Assembly (NCBI GenBank): GCA_040755855.1
Contig: JBFMAD010000004.1
Coordinates: 1 to 64,000, forward strand
Direction: 5' to 3'
Length of the DNA: 64,000 nucleotides
DNA from: Planctomycetota bacterium
GTDB taxonomy: Bacteria; Planctomycetota; Brocadiia; JAADGH01
Below are positions 30,234-44,992 of this stretch, piece after piece (position 1 is the stretch's first letter; each line of letters begins with the position of its first letter). The position numbers were made by a program, and so were the translations under genes. The notes under the pieces were generated by a model. It saw nothing but the letters and a program-made list of their open reading frames with translations, had not been told where the DNA came from and searched no databases.

Positions 30234-30278
30234 GAGCGCTCCCCCGTCGCCACCGCACCCAACCCGTGCGCGGCCGTA

Positions 30279-30308
30279 CACGGCTTGCAAGCAAGCCGTG
30301 GCACACCC
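30279..30308. repeat. REP-like hairpin (GTGCCAC family)
   Basis: CACGGCTTGCAAGCAAGCCGTGGCACACCC. Confidence 0.6.
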
Positions 30309-30342
30309 GTAAAGAGTGGTGTGAGGGAATTGTAGGCGCGCC

Positions 30343-31854
30343 TCAGTCATTACGGTATTCCCATTTTTCGACCGGCAGACCGGTGGCATAGAGCAACGCG
30401 CGAGGTTCATAGCCGTCGTCGGGTCGCGGGCGCGTCGGCCCGCCCCATTGCATGCGCCGTTCCCTCCGCCACGGTCGCCGCTCCCACACGTAGCCGCGGA
30501 AGGGGTCCCGCGTGCGGTTCATCCAGTCCAGGATGCGGTCGTGAAGCCGGTCCCGGACATCAGCGGCGTCTTTCGACTCGATCAGGTTCACCATCTCCTG
30601 GGGATCTTTTTCGAGATCGTACAACTCATCCGTGTCGTGCAGGTTGACGACCAGCTTGTGACGACCGTTGAAGGCGCCGCGAATCGGCTGGAAACCGCCG
30701 TGGCCGTCATGGTCCACCTCGTAGCGGTTGAACTCCATGAAAATCACATCACGCTCAGGTATTTTCGCATTTGCGAATGTATCCAGGAGACTTCCTCCCT
30801 GCAGGAAGGGGGGCGAAGCCAGCCCGTTTGCCGTCAGGATAGTCGGCGTAATATCCACCTGTGAAATTGGATATGGACACACTGAACCCTCCGCCACGCG
30901 CCCCCGCCACCGGACGATGAATGGCACGCGCGTCGTCTCCTCATACATTGCGGCGCCCTTCCAGGGCAGCCGGTGGGCGCGCAACGGCGCGCCGTGGTCG
31001 GACGTGAAGATCACGAGCGCATCGGGCGCATACTCATCCACGGCGTCGAGGACCCGGCCGATCTCGTAGTCCACGAAGCTGTTGCACCCGAAGTACATGG
31101 GCTGCCGGATTGACTTCACCCCGCCCTTGATCTTCGCGTGCTCCGCCCACTCGCGATGATGGGCCGGCTTGCCGTTTAGTGGGTCGTCTGCGTTCTCGCC
31201 GAGGACGTACTCGAAGTCCTCGAACATGTCGCAGTATTCCGGCGGACACGTGGACGGATCATGCGGCTCGTCATAGGAGACCACGAGGAGAAACGCGCTC
31301 TCTTTGTGCTTTGACAGAAAGGCGATGGCGCGGTCCGAACAGCGATGCGCCATCGTGAACTCCTCGGTGACGTGATACTTACGCATCGCCTCCGGTGTCC
31401 GAAGCTCCTGCCGCCAGCGCAGGCGTTCCCCGGGCGAAAGCTCGTCCACGTAATTGCGAATATCATACCAGTAATCTGCATCCCATCCCGGCGGGCAAAT
31501 GCCGTCGCCGAAATAGTCGGTGCCGTCGAGATGATACTTGCCGATGTAGGCCGCGTGCATGCCATGATCCTGGAGGCGCTGGCCGACGGTCTTCACGTTC
31601 GCGTTGAGGGGCATGCAGTTGCCCCAGATGCCGTTCGTGTGGGGATACGTCCCGGTGAAGATCGCCGACCGCGCGGGGCTGCAAACGGGGCAGGCGGTGT
31701 AGGCGCGGTCGAACCGCATCCCCTGCTCGGCCAGCCGGTCTATCCGCGGCGTTCGCATCTCGGGCCGGCCGTAGCAGCCGACCACGTTCACGCCCTGGGT
31801 GTCGGTCATGATCAAGACGATCTGGGTCGCGTCAGGCACTTGCATCCTCCTCAT
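30343..31854 (-). CDS. Cys-type sulfatase
   Basis: IMTDTQ, CSPARSAIFTG formylglycine motif, GKYHL, FTSDHG. Confidence 0.92.
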   Translation of the reverse strand: MRRMQVPDATQIVLIMTDTQGVNVVGCYGRPEMRTPRIDRLAEQGMRFDRAYTACPVCSPARSAIFTGTYPHTNGIWGNCMPLNANVKTVGQRLQDHGMHAAYIGKYHLDGTDYFGDGICPPGWDADYWYDIRNYVDELSPGERLRWRQELRTPEAMRKYHVTEEFTMAHRCSDRAIAFLSKHKESAFLLVVSYDEPHDPSTCPPEYCDMFEDFEYVLGENADDPLNGKPAHHREWAEHAKIKGGVKSIRQPMYFGCNSFVDYEIGRVLDAVDEYAPDALVIFTSDHGAPLRAHRLPWKGAAMYEETTRVPFIVRWRGRVAEGSVCPYPISQVDITPTILTANGLASPPFLQGGSLLDTFANAKIPERDVIFMEFNRYEVDHDGHGGFQPIRGAFNGRHKLVVNLHDTDELYDLEKDPQEMVNLIESKDAADVRDRLHDRILDWMNRTRDPFRGYVWERRPWRRERRMQWGGPTRPRPDDGYEPRALLYATGLPVEKWEYRND

Positions 31855-31954
31855 GCGAGGTACAAACCCCGGCCATAGTCATCCTATAACGGGGTTATAT
31901 CACTTCGATCGGTCTCAGGCAACCGGCAGGAGGCGTGGGAATCTGCGGACGCCG

Positions 31955-33380
31955 CTACGCATCGCCCATGAGGTAGCGATCCAATCCCTCCGCGGCCTTG
32001 CGGCCCAGGGAGATGGCGCGAACGACGAGGGATGCACCCAAGACAGAATCGCCGGCGGCGAAGACCCCCGGAACATTCGTCATGTGCGCCTCGTCCACAC
32101 GGATGTTGCCGCGCTGGTCGGTCTCGACGCCGAGGTCCCGGATCAAGGGGCCGTGCTCGACACGGAGGAATCCCAAGGCGAGTAGAACCAGATCAACCTT
32201 CAGATCGAACTCCGACCCGGGAATCTCCTTGAACGAACTCCGCCCGCTCTCGTCCGGTCCGGACCATTCGATCCTGATGCAGGAGAGTTTCTTCGCGGCG
32301 CCATTTTCGCCCACAAACTCCTTCGTGATGATGCTCCACATCCGCTCGCACCCCTCCTCGTGGGAGGAGGATGTCCGCAGGATGAGGGGCCATGTCGGCC
32401 AGGGGTTGTCCTCCAGCCGGTCGCTCGCCGGCTGGGGAAGCAGTTCGATCTGCGTCACACCCTTCGCCCCCTGGCGGATACACGTGCCGACGCAGTCCGA
32501 CCCCGTGTCCCCCCCGCCGATCACTACCACGGCCTTCCGCATTGCCGTAATCTCCACATCCTTCGGAATCGCGTCTCCCGCGTTGCGCCGATTCTGCTGG
32601 ACGAGAAAGTCCAAAGCAAAGTGGATGCCTTTCAGGTTGCGACCGGGGATATCCAAATCGCGCGGGACACGCGCCCCGGCGGCAATGAGGATGGCGTCGA
32701 ACGTCCGCTGCAGGTATCCGGCCGAAAGATCCACACCTGCATCAACGTTCATCTCGAACTTTACGCCTTCCGCCCGGAGTTGTTCGAGGCGGCGATCGAG
32801 GATGCGCTTTTCCAGCTTGAAGTCCGGGATGCCGTAGCGCAGAATCCCGCCCACGCGGTCGGCCTTCTCGAAGACGGTCACGTCATGTCCCATGCGCGCA
32901 AGCTGCTGGGCAGCGGCCAGGCTCGCCGGGCCGGAGCCGATAATCGCCACGCGCCTGCCCGTTTTCTGCTCGGCAGGCTGCGGCTGGATCCACCCCTCCC
33001 GCCAGCCGCGCTCGATGATCTGCAGCTCGATCTGCCGGATAGACACGGCCTTCTGGTTGATTGACAGGGTGCACGCCGCCTCGCACAAGGCCGGGCAGAT
33101 GCGGCCGGTAATTTCGGGAAAGTTGTTCTTCGCGTGAAGCAGGTCCAGCGCCCGTTGCCACTGGCCCTTGAAGACCATGTCGTTAAAGTCCGGGATGCGG
33201 TTGCTCAGGGGGCAGCCGTAGGCGTGGCACGACGGCACTCCGCAGTCCATGCACCGCGCCGCCTGTTCGCGAAGCTCCTCCAGCGAGAGGGGCTGCTCGA
33301 TTTCCCGGTAGTCCTGAACTCGTTCCCCAATCGGTCGCTTATGCGGGTCTTTGCGTGCGTATTCCAGGAATCCCTTCGGC

Positions 33381-33388
<8 letters not shown>
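31955..33388 (-). CDS. gltD: Glutamate synthase small subunit
   Basis: [40 protein letters not shown]. Confidence 0.95.
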
Positions 33389-37958
<4,570 letters not shown>

Positions 37959-38038
37959 AACGTCTTCTCTTCCACTCCCCAAAGTCCATTATAAACGATC
38001 TCTCCAATTTGTTCAAATCGGTGATGCCATACTCCGGG

Positions 38039-39649
38039 TCAGGGGCGGTAGCGGTTGGAGATCGGCAGCCGTCTGTCCCGCCCGAACGCCTTGGGCGAGA
38101 TCTTCACACCGGGCGTCGCCTGGCGGCGTTTGTATTCGCTGCGGTCCACCATGCGGACGATATCGTGAACGATCTTGGGATCGTAGCCCTGCGCAATAAT
38201 CTCGTCGGGGGCCTTGTCCTGCTCTACGTAAGCCGCGAGGATCGGGTCGAGCACCTCGTAGGGCGGCAGCGTGTCCTGGTCGGTCTGGTTCGGTTTAAGT
38301 TCCGCGGTGGGGGCGCGGTCCAGGACGCTCTTCGGGATGATCTCGCGGCCGGCCTTGCTGTTCAGATACCGAGCCAGCGCATAGACGAGGGCCTTCGGCA
38401 CGTCCTTGATGACGGCGAAGCCGCCGGCCATGTCGCCGTAGAGTGTGCAGTATCCCACGGATATCTCGCTCTTGTTGCCGGTGCTGAGGACCAGCCAACC
38501 GAAATAGTTGGAGAGAGCCATGAGGAAGTTGCCCCGAATGCGCGCCTGGAGATTTTCCCCGGCCACTCCCGGCTCGCCCCCCTCGAAGGGCCCCTGCAAT
38601 GTCTCCAGATAGGCATCAAAAATAGGCTTTATGGGGATCGTGAGGAGCCGAATGCCCAGATTCCTGGCCAGTCGTTCCGCATCGGTGAGTGTTTCGCTCG
38701 ATGTGAACTGTGAAGGCATGGTGACGCCGATCACATTGTCCCGACCTAGCGCTTCGGCGGCGATAGCGGCCGTGAGCGAGGAATCCACGCCGCCGCTCAA
38801 GCCGATGACCACCTTCTCGAAGCCGTTCTTTCGGGTGTAGTCGCGGGTCCCCAGGACGAGGGCCTTATAGACCTCGTCCAGTTCGGTGAGGTCGGCTGCC
38901 TGGGGGCCGCGTCCGGATTCAATCGCCGTCACAAGAATATACTCTTCGAATCGCTTCGCGCTGGTGATCAGATTGCCGTCCGGTCCCATGACGAGACTGC
39001 CGCCGTCGAAGACGAGCTCGTCCTGCCCGCCGACGATATTGGTGTAGCAGAGGAATGCGCCGGTGCGTTGGGCGAATCCACTGAGAATCTTGCGGCGCTG
39101 GCCGAACTTGTCAATATGAAACGGGGAGGCGGATAGATTGAGGACCACCCGGACGTTGTTCATGGCGATATAACGTTCGGCCGCTCCGCCCTCGATCCAG
39201 ATGTCCTCGCAGATAGTGACGGCGATGCGATGGCCGCACACCTCGAAGACGCGGCAGGAGACCCCCGGTTCGAAGTATCTCTTTTCATCGAAAACGCCGT
39301 AGTTCGGCAGCTCCATCTTGTGATAGACCCCGGAGACATGGCCGTTCTCTATCACGGCGGCGGCGTTATAGACCTTGCCGTCGGACTCGTCGGCGAAGCC
39401 GACTACGGCGATGATGTCACGAGTTGCCTGGGCCACATCCTGCAGGGCCTCTCGGGTGTGACGGAGGAAGCGAGGACGGAGAAGGAGGTCCTCCGGCGGG
39501 TATCCACAGATGGCCAGCTCAGGAAAGACGACCACATGGGCGCCCGCTGCCTTCGCGCGGCTGATCCCATCCATGATCTTCTCGGCGTTGCCCTTGAGGT
39601 CGCCCACCGTTGGATTGATCTGGGCCTGGGCAACGTGGAGGATGCTCAT
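38039..39649 (-). CDS. nadE: Glutamine-dependent NAD+ synthetase
   Basis: Nitrilase domain (FPEL, K..LPNYGVFDE, ICEDIW) plus SGGVDS, ENLQARIRG, TGNKSE. Confidence 0.95.
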   Translation of the reverse strand: MSILHVAQAQINPTVGDLKGNAEKIMDGISRAKAAGAHVVVFPELAICGYPPEDLLLRPRFLRHTREALQDVAQATRDIIAVVGFADESDGKVYNAAAVIENGHVSGVYHKMELPNYGVFDEKRYFEPGVSCRVFEVCGHRIAVTICEDIWIEGGAAERYIAMNNVRVVLNLSASPFHIDKFGQRRKILSGFAQRTGAFLCYTNIVGGQDELVFDGGSLVMGPDGNLITSAKRFEEYILVTAIESGRGPQAADLTELDEVYKALVLGTRDYTRKNGFEKVVIGLSGGVDSSLTAAIAAEALGRDNVIGVTMPSQFTSSETLTDAERLARNLGIRLLTIPIKPIFDAYLETLQGPFEGGEPGVAGENLQARIRGNFLMALSNYFGWLVLSTGNKSEISVGYCTLYGDMAGGFAVIKDVPKALVYALARYLNSKAGREIIPKSVLDRAPTAELKPNQTDQDTLPPYEVLDPILAAYVEQDKAPDEIIAQGYDPKIVHDIVRMVDRSEYKRRQATPGVKISPKAFGRDRRLPISNRYRP

Positions 39650-40062
39650 CCTTCCCTCCCGCCCAGATCCACCCCGTCCGCACTCCACCCGATCCCCGGC
39701 AGGCGAACGCCAAGACGCCGAATTTTGGAGCGGAGGGTGTTGCGATTGATCCCCAGCATCCGCGCGGCGGCGAGTTGATTCCCGCCGGTTTTCTTCAGGG
39801 TCTTTTCAATCATGGGTTTCTCAATCGTCTTCAACACAAAGCGATAGAAACTCTCGCCGGGATTTTCTTCCCGAAAACGCTTCTCAAGGACATCGAGCAT
39901 TTTCGCCGCAGAACAGCCCTCGGGGCACTGCGGGGCGGGCGTCGTCGCGTGGTCCTTTTCGTCGCGAACACTCTGCACCACCACATCGTATCCCTTGCGG
40001 TGGAGCGCATCGAGAACGATGTCCCGCGCTTCGTCCTTTTCGATGACAATCAAGTGGACCAT
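39646..40062 (-). CDS. Fis-family HTH protein
   Basis: EKPMIEKTLKKTGGNQLAAARMLGINRNTLRSKI. Confidence 0.8.
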   Translation of the reverse strand: MVHLIVIEKDEARDIVLDALHRKGYDVVVQSVRDEKDHATTPAPQCPEGCSAAKMLDVLEKRFREENPGESFYRFVLKTIEKPMIEKTLKKTGGNQLAAARMLGINRNTLRSKIRRLGVRLPGIGWSADGVDLGGREG

Positions 40063-40098
40063 GGCAACGATCCAGAGCCTTGTGAGAATCCCAGCCCG

Positions 40099-41436
40099 TC
40101 AGAGTACAGGCAGGTACTTATCCAGCTCATACTGGCTGACGTGGGTCCGGTAGCGGTCCCATTCGATTTTCTTGTTTGCGATGAATTTTTCGAAGATGTG
40201 ATCGCCCAGGGCCTCTCGGACGACCTCGCTCTTCTCCGTTTCCTCAACGGCCTCGGCCAGGCTGCCGGGCAGGCAGGCGATGCCCCTACGCTTGCGGCCC
40301 TCGGCGGACATCTCGAAGATGTCCTCCTCCACCGGGTCGGGCAGATCGTAGCCCTCCTCCATGCCCCTCAGCCCTGCATTCAGCATAACAGCGAAGGCGA
40401 GATACGGGTTGCAGGCGGGGTCGGGACATCGGAATTCCGCCCGCGTGGCCTTCTCCTTGCCGGGCTTGTACATGGGGATGCGCACGAGCGCAGACCGGTT
40501 CCTCCGTGCCCAGGAGACATAGACCGGGGCCTCGTATCCCGGCACAAGCCGTTTGTAGGAATTAATCCACTGCGCCACCACCGAGCAGATTTCCCGCGCA
40601 TGGGTCAGGAGGCCCGCAATGTAGGACTTGGCCGTGGCCGAGAGGTGATACTCGTCATAAGGGTCGAAAAAGGCGTTTTCCTTCCCCTTGAAGAGCGATT
40701 GGTGCGTGTGCATGCCGCTGCCGTTCTGCCCGAAGATCGGCTTGGGCATGAACGTGCCATAGACGCCGTGCTTCATGGCGACTTCCTTCACCGTTAGGCG
40801 ATAGGTCATGGCGGCGTCGGCCATGAAAAGGGCGTCGGCATAGCGCAGATCAATCTCGTGCTGGCTGGGGGCGACCTCATGGTGGCTGTATTCGACATGT
40901 ATGCCCATCTTTTCGAGGGCGAGGACCGTCTCGCGACGGAGGTCGCTGGCCACATCGAGGGGAGTGAGGTCGAAATACCCACCGGCGTCGAGCGTCTGCG
41001 GAACGCCTTCGGAGCTCTTGAAATAAAAGTATTCAAGTTCCGGCCCAACGTTGTAGGTATAGCCCTTGTCGGCGGCCTTTTTGAGCATCCGTTTCAGGGC
41101 GTAGCGGGGGTCGCCGTCATAGGGGGTTCCATCGGGGTTATGAACGTCGCAGAACATGCGCGCCACGCCGGCCCCCTCGTCCGGCCGCCAGGGCAGGATG
41201 GCAAAGGTGCTGGGGTCGGGCTTGGCGATAACGTCGCTCTCCTCGATGCGAGCGAAGCCCTCGATCGAGGAGCCGTCGAAGCCCATCCCGCTGTCGAGGG
41301 CGTCGTCGAGTTCCTCGACCGTGATGGCGAAACTCTTCAAAAATCCCAACACGTCGGTGAACCACAGGCGAATGAATTTCACCTTGTGGTCCTTGACCGC
41401 CTTCAACACATCTTCCTTCGTCTTACCTTGTGCCAT
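40099..41436 (-). CDS. glnA: Glutamine synthetase type I-alpha
   Basis: 445 aa; FDGSSIEGFARIEESD, HHEVAPSQHEI, TFMPKP, NRSALVRIP. Confidence 0.95.
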   Translation of the reverse strand: MAQGKTKEDVLKAVKDHKVKFIRLWFTDVLGFLKSFAITVEELDDALDSGMGFDGSSIEGFARIEESDVIAKPDPSTFAILPWRPDEGAGVARMFCDVHNPDGTPYDGDPRYALKRMLKKAADKGYTYNVGPELEYFYFKSSEGVPQTLDAGGYFDLTPLDVASDLRRETVLALEKMGIHVEYSHHEVAPSQHEIDLRYADALFMADAAMTYRLTVKEVAMKHGVYGTFMPKPIFGQNGSGMHTHQSLFKGKENAFFDPYDEYHLSATAKSYIAGLLTHAREICSVVAQWINSYKRLVPGYEAPVYVSWARRNRSALVRIPMYKPGKEKATRAEFRCPDPACNPYLAFAVMLNAGLRGMEEGYDLPDPVEEDIFEMSAEGRKRRGIACLPGSLAEAVEETEKSEVVREALGDHIFEKFIANKKIEWDRYRTHVSQYELDKYLPVL

Positions 41437-41643
41437 TTTGCTCTCCTACTTTGCCCTGCATCATTGCGGGCAAGCGTGTGTGAAAACCGTGCGCGACTGC
41501 CCTTCCGATAGGCAGCCTTTGCGAAAAAAAATAACGCCGATCTTCCACACTTGTACTACTACATTTCCGTTCCCTTTACCAGAAGGATCCCGGGAACTTT
41601 GGATTTCCTCAAGTTCCAAGTCCCTGGGATGCGTCGTCTCGAT

Positions 41644-43056
41644 TCAACTATCGTAGTAGAGGCTGAACTCGTGCGGGTGCGGGCGGAGCCGAAGCTCGTC
41701 CAGCTCCTTCTCCTTCTTCCAGTTTACCCATGCCTCGATCAGGTCATCCGTAAACACGCCGCCTTCGAGGAGAAAGCCGTGATCGGCCTCCAGGGCGGCA
41801 ACCGCCTCTTCCAGCGCCCCCGGGGTCTTGGGCGTGTTCGCCAGTTCCTCGGCGGACATCTCATAGATGTCCCGATCGAGCGGTTCGCCCGGATCGATCT
41901 TGTTCCGAATGCCGTCAATCGCCGCCATCAATATGGCGGTGAAGGACAGGTAGGGATTGCACGTCGGATCGGGGCAGCGGAACTCGATGCGCTTCGCCTT
42001 TGGGTTCGGCGAGTACATCGGGATTCGCACCGCCGCCGAACGGTTCCGCGCCGACATGCAGAGGTTCACCGGCGCCTCAAAGCCCGGCACCAGCCGCCGA
42101 TAGGAGTTCGTCGTTGGCGCGGCGAAGGCCAGGATCGCCGGGGCATGCTTCAGCACCCCGCCGATGGCATAAAGGCCCAGCGAGCTCAGGCCGGCGTACT
42201 TCTTGCCCGCAAAGAGGGGTGCGCCCTTCTTCCACAGCGAGAAGTGGGTGTGCATGCCGCTGCCGTTGTCCTGAAAGATGGGCTTGGGCATGAACGTCAC
42301 GGTCTTGCCGTACCGCTTGGCCACATTCTTGGTGATGTATTTATACCACATCAGTTGGTCGGCCATCTTTCTGAGGCTCTGATATTTCATGTCAATCTCC
42401 GACTGACCGCCCGTGGCGACCTCATGGTGATGGGCCTCGACCACGATGCCGACCTTGCGCATTTCATACACCATTTCGCCGCGCAGGTTGTGGTAAGTAT
42501 CGGTCGGACTTACGGGGAAGTAGCCGCCTTTGAAGCTCGGCTTGTATCCCAGGTTCGGCTCCTCGAAGCGCGCGCTGTTCCAGGCCCCCTCGATGGAGTC
42601 AATCTGGTACATGCCGGTGTGCTGGTTCTGCTCGTATCGGACCTCGTCGAAGATGAAGAACTCCGGCTCCGGGCCGATGTAGCACGTGTCGGCGATGCCG
42701 GTTTTTTTCATATGCTCCTCGCCCTTCCGGGCCACGTGGCGCGGGTCGCGGGTATAGTCCTCGCGTGTCACCGGGTCCACAATGTCGGCGATGACGCTGA
42801 CGGTCGGTTTCTCGAAGAAGGGATCCAAGACCGCCGTGGCCAGGTCAATGACGGCCATCATGTCCGAGACATGAATGCCCTGCCAGCCGCGGATGGACGA
42901 GCCGTCGAAGCCGAGGCCCTCCTTGAGCGTGTCCTCGTCCAAGCAGTCCAGCGGATAAGAGCAATGCTGCCACGTGCCGAGCAGGTCCACGAACTTGAGG
43001 TCCACCATCTCGGCTTTGTTCTTCTTGCAGAACGAAAAGAATTCCTTTGCCGTCAT
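41644..43056 (-). CDS. glnA: Glutamine synthetase type I-beta
   Basis: 470 aa; [36 protein letters not shown], beta-type insertion. Confidence 0.95.
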   Translation of the reverse strand: MTAKEFFSFCKKNKAEMVDLKFVDLLGTWQHCSYPLDCLDEDTLKEGLGFDGSSIRGWQGIHVSDMMAVIDLATAVLDPFFEKPTVSVIADIVDPVTREDYTRDPRHVARKGEEHMKKTGIADTCYIGPEPEFFIFDEVRYEQNQHTGMYQIDSIEGAWNSARFEEPNLGYKPSFKGGYFPVSPTDTYHNLRGEMVYEMRKVGIVVEAHHHEVATGGQSEIDMKYQSLRKMADQLMWYKYITKNVAKRYGKTVTFMPKPIFQDNGSGMHTHFSLWKKGAPLFAGKKYAGLSSLGLYAIGGVLKHAPAILAFAAPTTNSYRRLVPGFEAPVNLCMSARNRSAAVRIPMYSPNPKAKRIEFRCPDPTCNPYLSFTAILMAAIDGIRNKIDPGEPLDRDIYEMSAEELANTPKTPGALEEAVAALEADHGFLLEGGVFTDDLIEAWVNWKKEKELDELRLRPHPHEFSLYYDS

Positions 43057-43129
43057 CGTTTTCCTTACCTCCGAGAGCTATTCCTGAACCAGATCTTCCC
43101 TGCCTTTGAGCAACTTTGACCAGTTCCTG

Positions 43130-43146
43130 AGCAATCCATGTGCCAA
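43130..43146 (-). promoter_or_regulatory. sigma54 -24/-12 promoter of the glnA operon
   Basis: Minus strand TTGGCAC-ATGGA-TTGCT, perfect consensus. Confidence 0.85.
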
Positions 43147-43210
43147 AAATTCAAGCCCTTAATGTGACACACGTTACGACGAAAGGCGTACCTTGCGACC
43201 AGACCTTGGC

Positions 43211-43257
43211 CCTACAATTCTGTAGGATTAGGCCGACCATTCCCACGAAAATGTAGG
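43211..43257. promoter_or_regulatory. Tandem palindromic enhancer-like sites
   Basis: CCTACAATTCTGTAGG (43211) and CCCACGAAAATGTAGG (43242), 31 bp apart, upstream of the sigma54 promoter. Confidence 0.7.
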
Positions 43258-43270
43258 TCCGTTTCCCGCC

Positions 43271-43612
43271 TCAGCCGATGGCCTCGCCCCCCGTCTCGCC
43301 CGTCCGAATCCGAATGCACTCGGGAAGATCAAGGATGAAAATCTTCCCGTCGCCGATCTCGCCCGTCCGCGCCCCTTTGATGATCGCGTTGACCGTCCGG
43401 TCCACAAAATTATCGTTTACTGCAATCTCCAAACGGACCTTCTTGAGCAGGTTGACCTCGACGGCTACGCCGCGGTAGGTTTCCGTGTAACCCCGCTGCT
43501 GCCCGCAGCCCATGGCGTTCGTCACCGAGACTTTATAGACCTCTTCCTTGTAAAGCTCCTGCTTCACGTCCGTAAGCTTTTCGGGTTGAATGTAGGCGAT
43601 GATGAGTTTCAT
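43271..43612 (-). CDS. glnK: Nitrogen regulatory protein P-II (GlnK/GlnB)
   Basis: [32 protein letters not shown]; directly after amtB. Confidence 0.9.
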   Translation of the reverse strand: MKLIIAYIQPEKLTDVKQELYKEEVYKVSVTNAMGCGQQRGYTETYRGVAVEVNLLKKVRLEIAVNDNFVDRTVNAIIKGARTGEIGDGKIFILDLPECIRIRTGETGGEAIG

Positions 43613-43625
43613 CCCGCCGCTCCTT

Positions 43626-44948
43626 TCATATCGTTGTAAAGATCTGGAACCCGGCGTACCCCTCCATGCCGTGCTCGCCGATGTCCAGGCCGCGAATCTC
43701 TTCTTCCTTCGACACCCGCAGCCCGATCGTCCGCTTGATCACGTAGAATACCAACGTCATCGTCGCCATGGCAAAGAGCGAGCACACCGCCACACCCATC
43801 AACTGGATGCCAAACTGCGTGAGCCCGCCTCCATGCAGGATGCCGTCGCGCGCCAGGCCAAGCGACTTCTGACCCCAGATGCCCACGGCCAAGGTGCCCC
43901 AGATGCCGTTCATGCCGTGAACAGGGACCGCACCCACGGGATCGTCCACCCTGATCCGGTCCAGGAATGACACGCCGAATACGACAATCACCCCGCCGAC
44001 TGCGCCGATCACAATCGCCGCCGCAGGAGATACGAAGGCGCACGGCGCGGTGATCGCCACCAGCCCCGCCAGCGCCCCGTTCATCGTCATCGAGAGGTCC
44101 GGCTTGCCATACCGCGCCCAGACCGTAATCATGGCCGTGATCGCCCCGGCGCACGCGGCGAGGTTTGTGTTCATGGCCACCCGACCGATCGCTGTGCCAT
44201 CGCCAACCGCAAGCGTGGAGCCGGGATTGAACCCAAACCACCCAAACCACAGGAGGAAGACCCCTAGCGACGCCAGCGGGATCGAGTGGCCGGGGATCAT
44301 CCGCGCCTGGCCGCCGTTGAGAAATTTGCCGATGCGCGGACCCAGCGCTATGGTTCCCACAAACGAGACCCACCCGCCGGTCGCATGGACCACCGTCGAT
44401 CCGGCAAAGTCGCCGAAGCCGAGCTTCGCCAGCCAACCCTCGCCGCACCAGATCCAGTGCCCGATGATGGGATAGACCAGGGTGCTGATGAAAACTGTGT
44501 AGATCAGGTAGGCGGGAAACCGCATCCGCTCGGCCATCGCCCCTGCGACGATCGTCGCCGCCGCTCCGCAAAACGCGGCCTGGAACAGCCAAAAGGCATA
44601 GATCGGCACGCCCGATGGGTTCTCCGCACAGGACATGCCGAAGCCCTTGAGGCCGATCAAACTCGATCCTGTGCCGAACATGAAGGCATAGCCGATAAGG
44701 AAGAACATGATGCACGCCACGCAATAGTCGAGGAAATTCTTCGTCAAAATGTTGCAGACGTTCTTGGCCCGGGTGAATCCTGCTTCCACCATGCCAAAGC
44801 CTGCCTGCATAAAGAAGACCAGGAACGCCGCGATGAGGACCCACACCGTATCCAGGCCCACCGTGGCGCTGCCTGCCGCATCTCCCGCAAAGGCGGCTGA
44901 CGGACTTACCAAGAATAATGCCAGAACAATCAACAATATCTTTTTCAC
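43626..44948 (-). CDS. amtB: Ammonium transporter
   Basis: [46 protein letters not shown] start after AAGGAG. Confidence 0.95.
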   Translation of the reverse strand: MKKILLIVLALFLVSPSAAFAGDAAGSATVGLDTVWVLIAAFLVFFMQAGFGMVEAGFTRAKNVCNILTKNFLDYCVACIMFFLIGYAFMFGTGSSLIGLKGFGMSCAENPSGVPIYAFWLFQAAFCGAAATIVAGAMAERMRFPAYLIYTVFISTLVYPIIGHWIWCGEGWLAKLGFGDFAGSTVVHATGGWVSFVGTIALGPRIGKFLNGGQARMIPGHSIPLASLGVFLLWFGWFGFNPGSTLAVGDGTAIGRVAMNTNLAACAGAITAMITVWARYGKPDLSMTMNGALAGLVAITAPCAFVSPAAAIVIGAVGGVIVVFGVSFLDRIRVDDPVGAVPVHGMNGIWGTLAVGIWGQKSLGLARDGILHGGGLTQFGIQLMGVAVCSLFAMATMTLVFYVIKRTIGLRVSKEEEIRGLDIGEHGMEGYAGFQIFTTI

Positions 44949-44992
44949 TTTGGCGTCTCCTTGTCGACTAATCATCAATCCCTCCTTGCACG

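Noticed and set aside
41437..41643. Canonical glutamine (glnA) riboswitch
   Set aside because: Conserved CGUU...GGAAG...GAACG core not found
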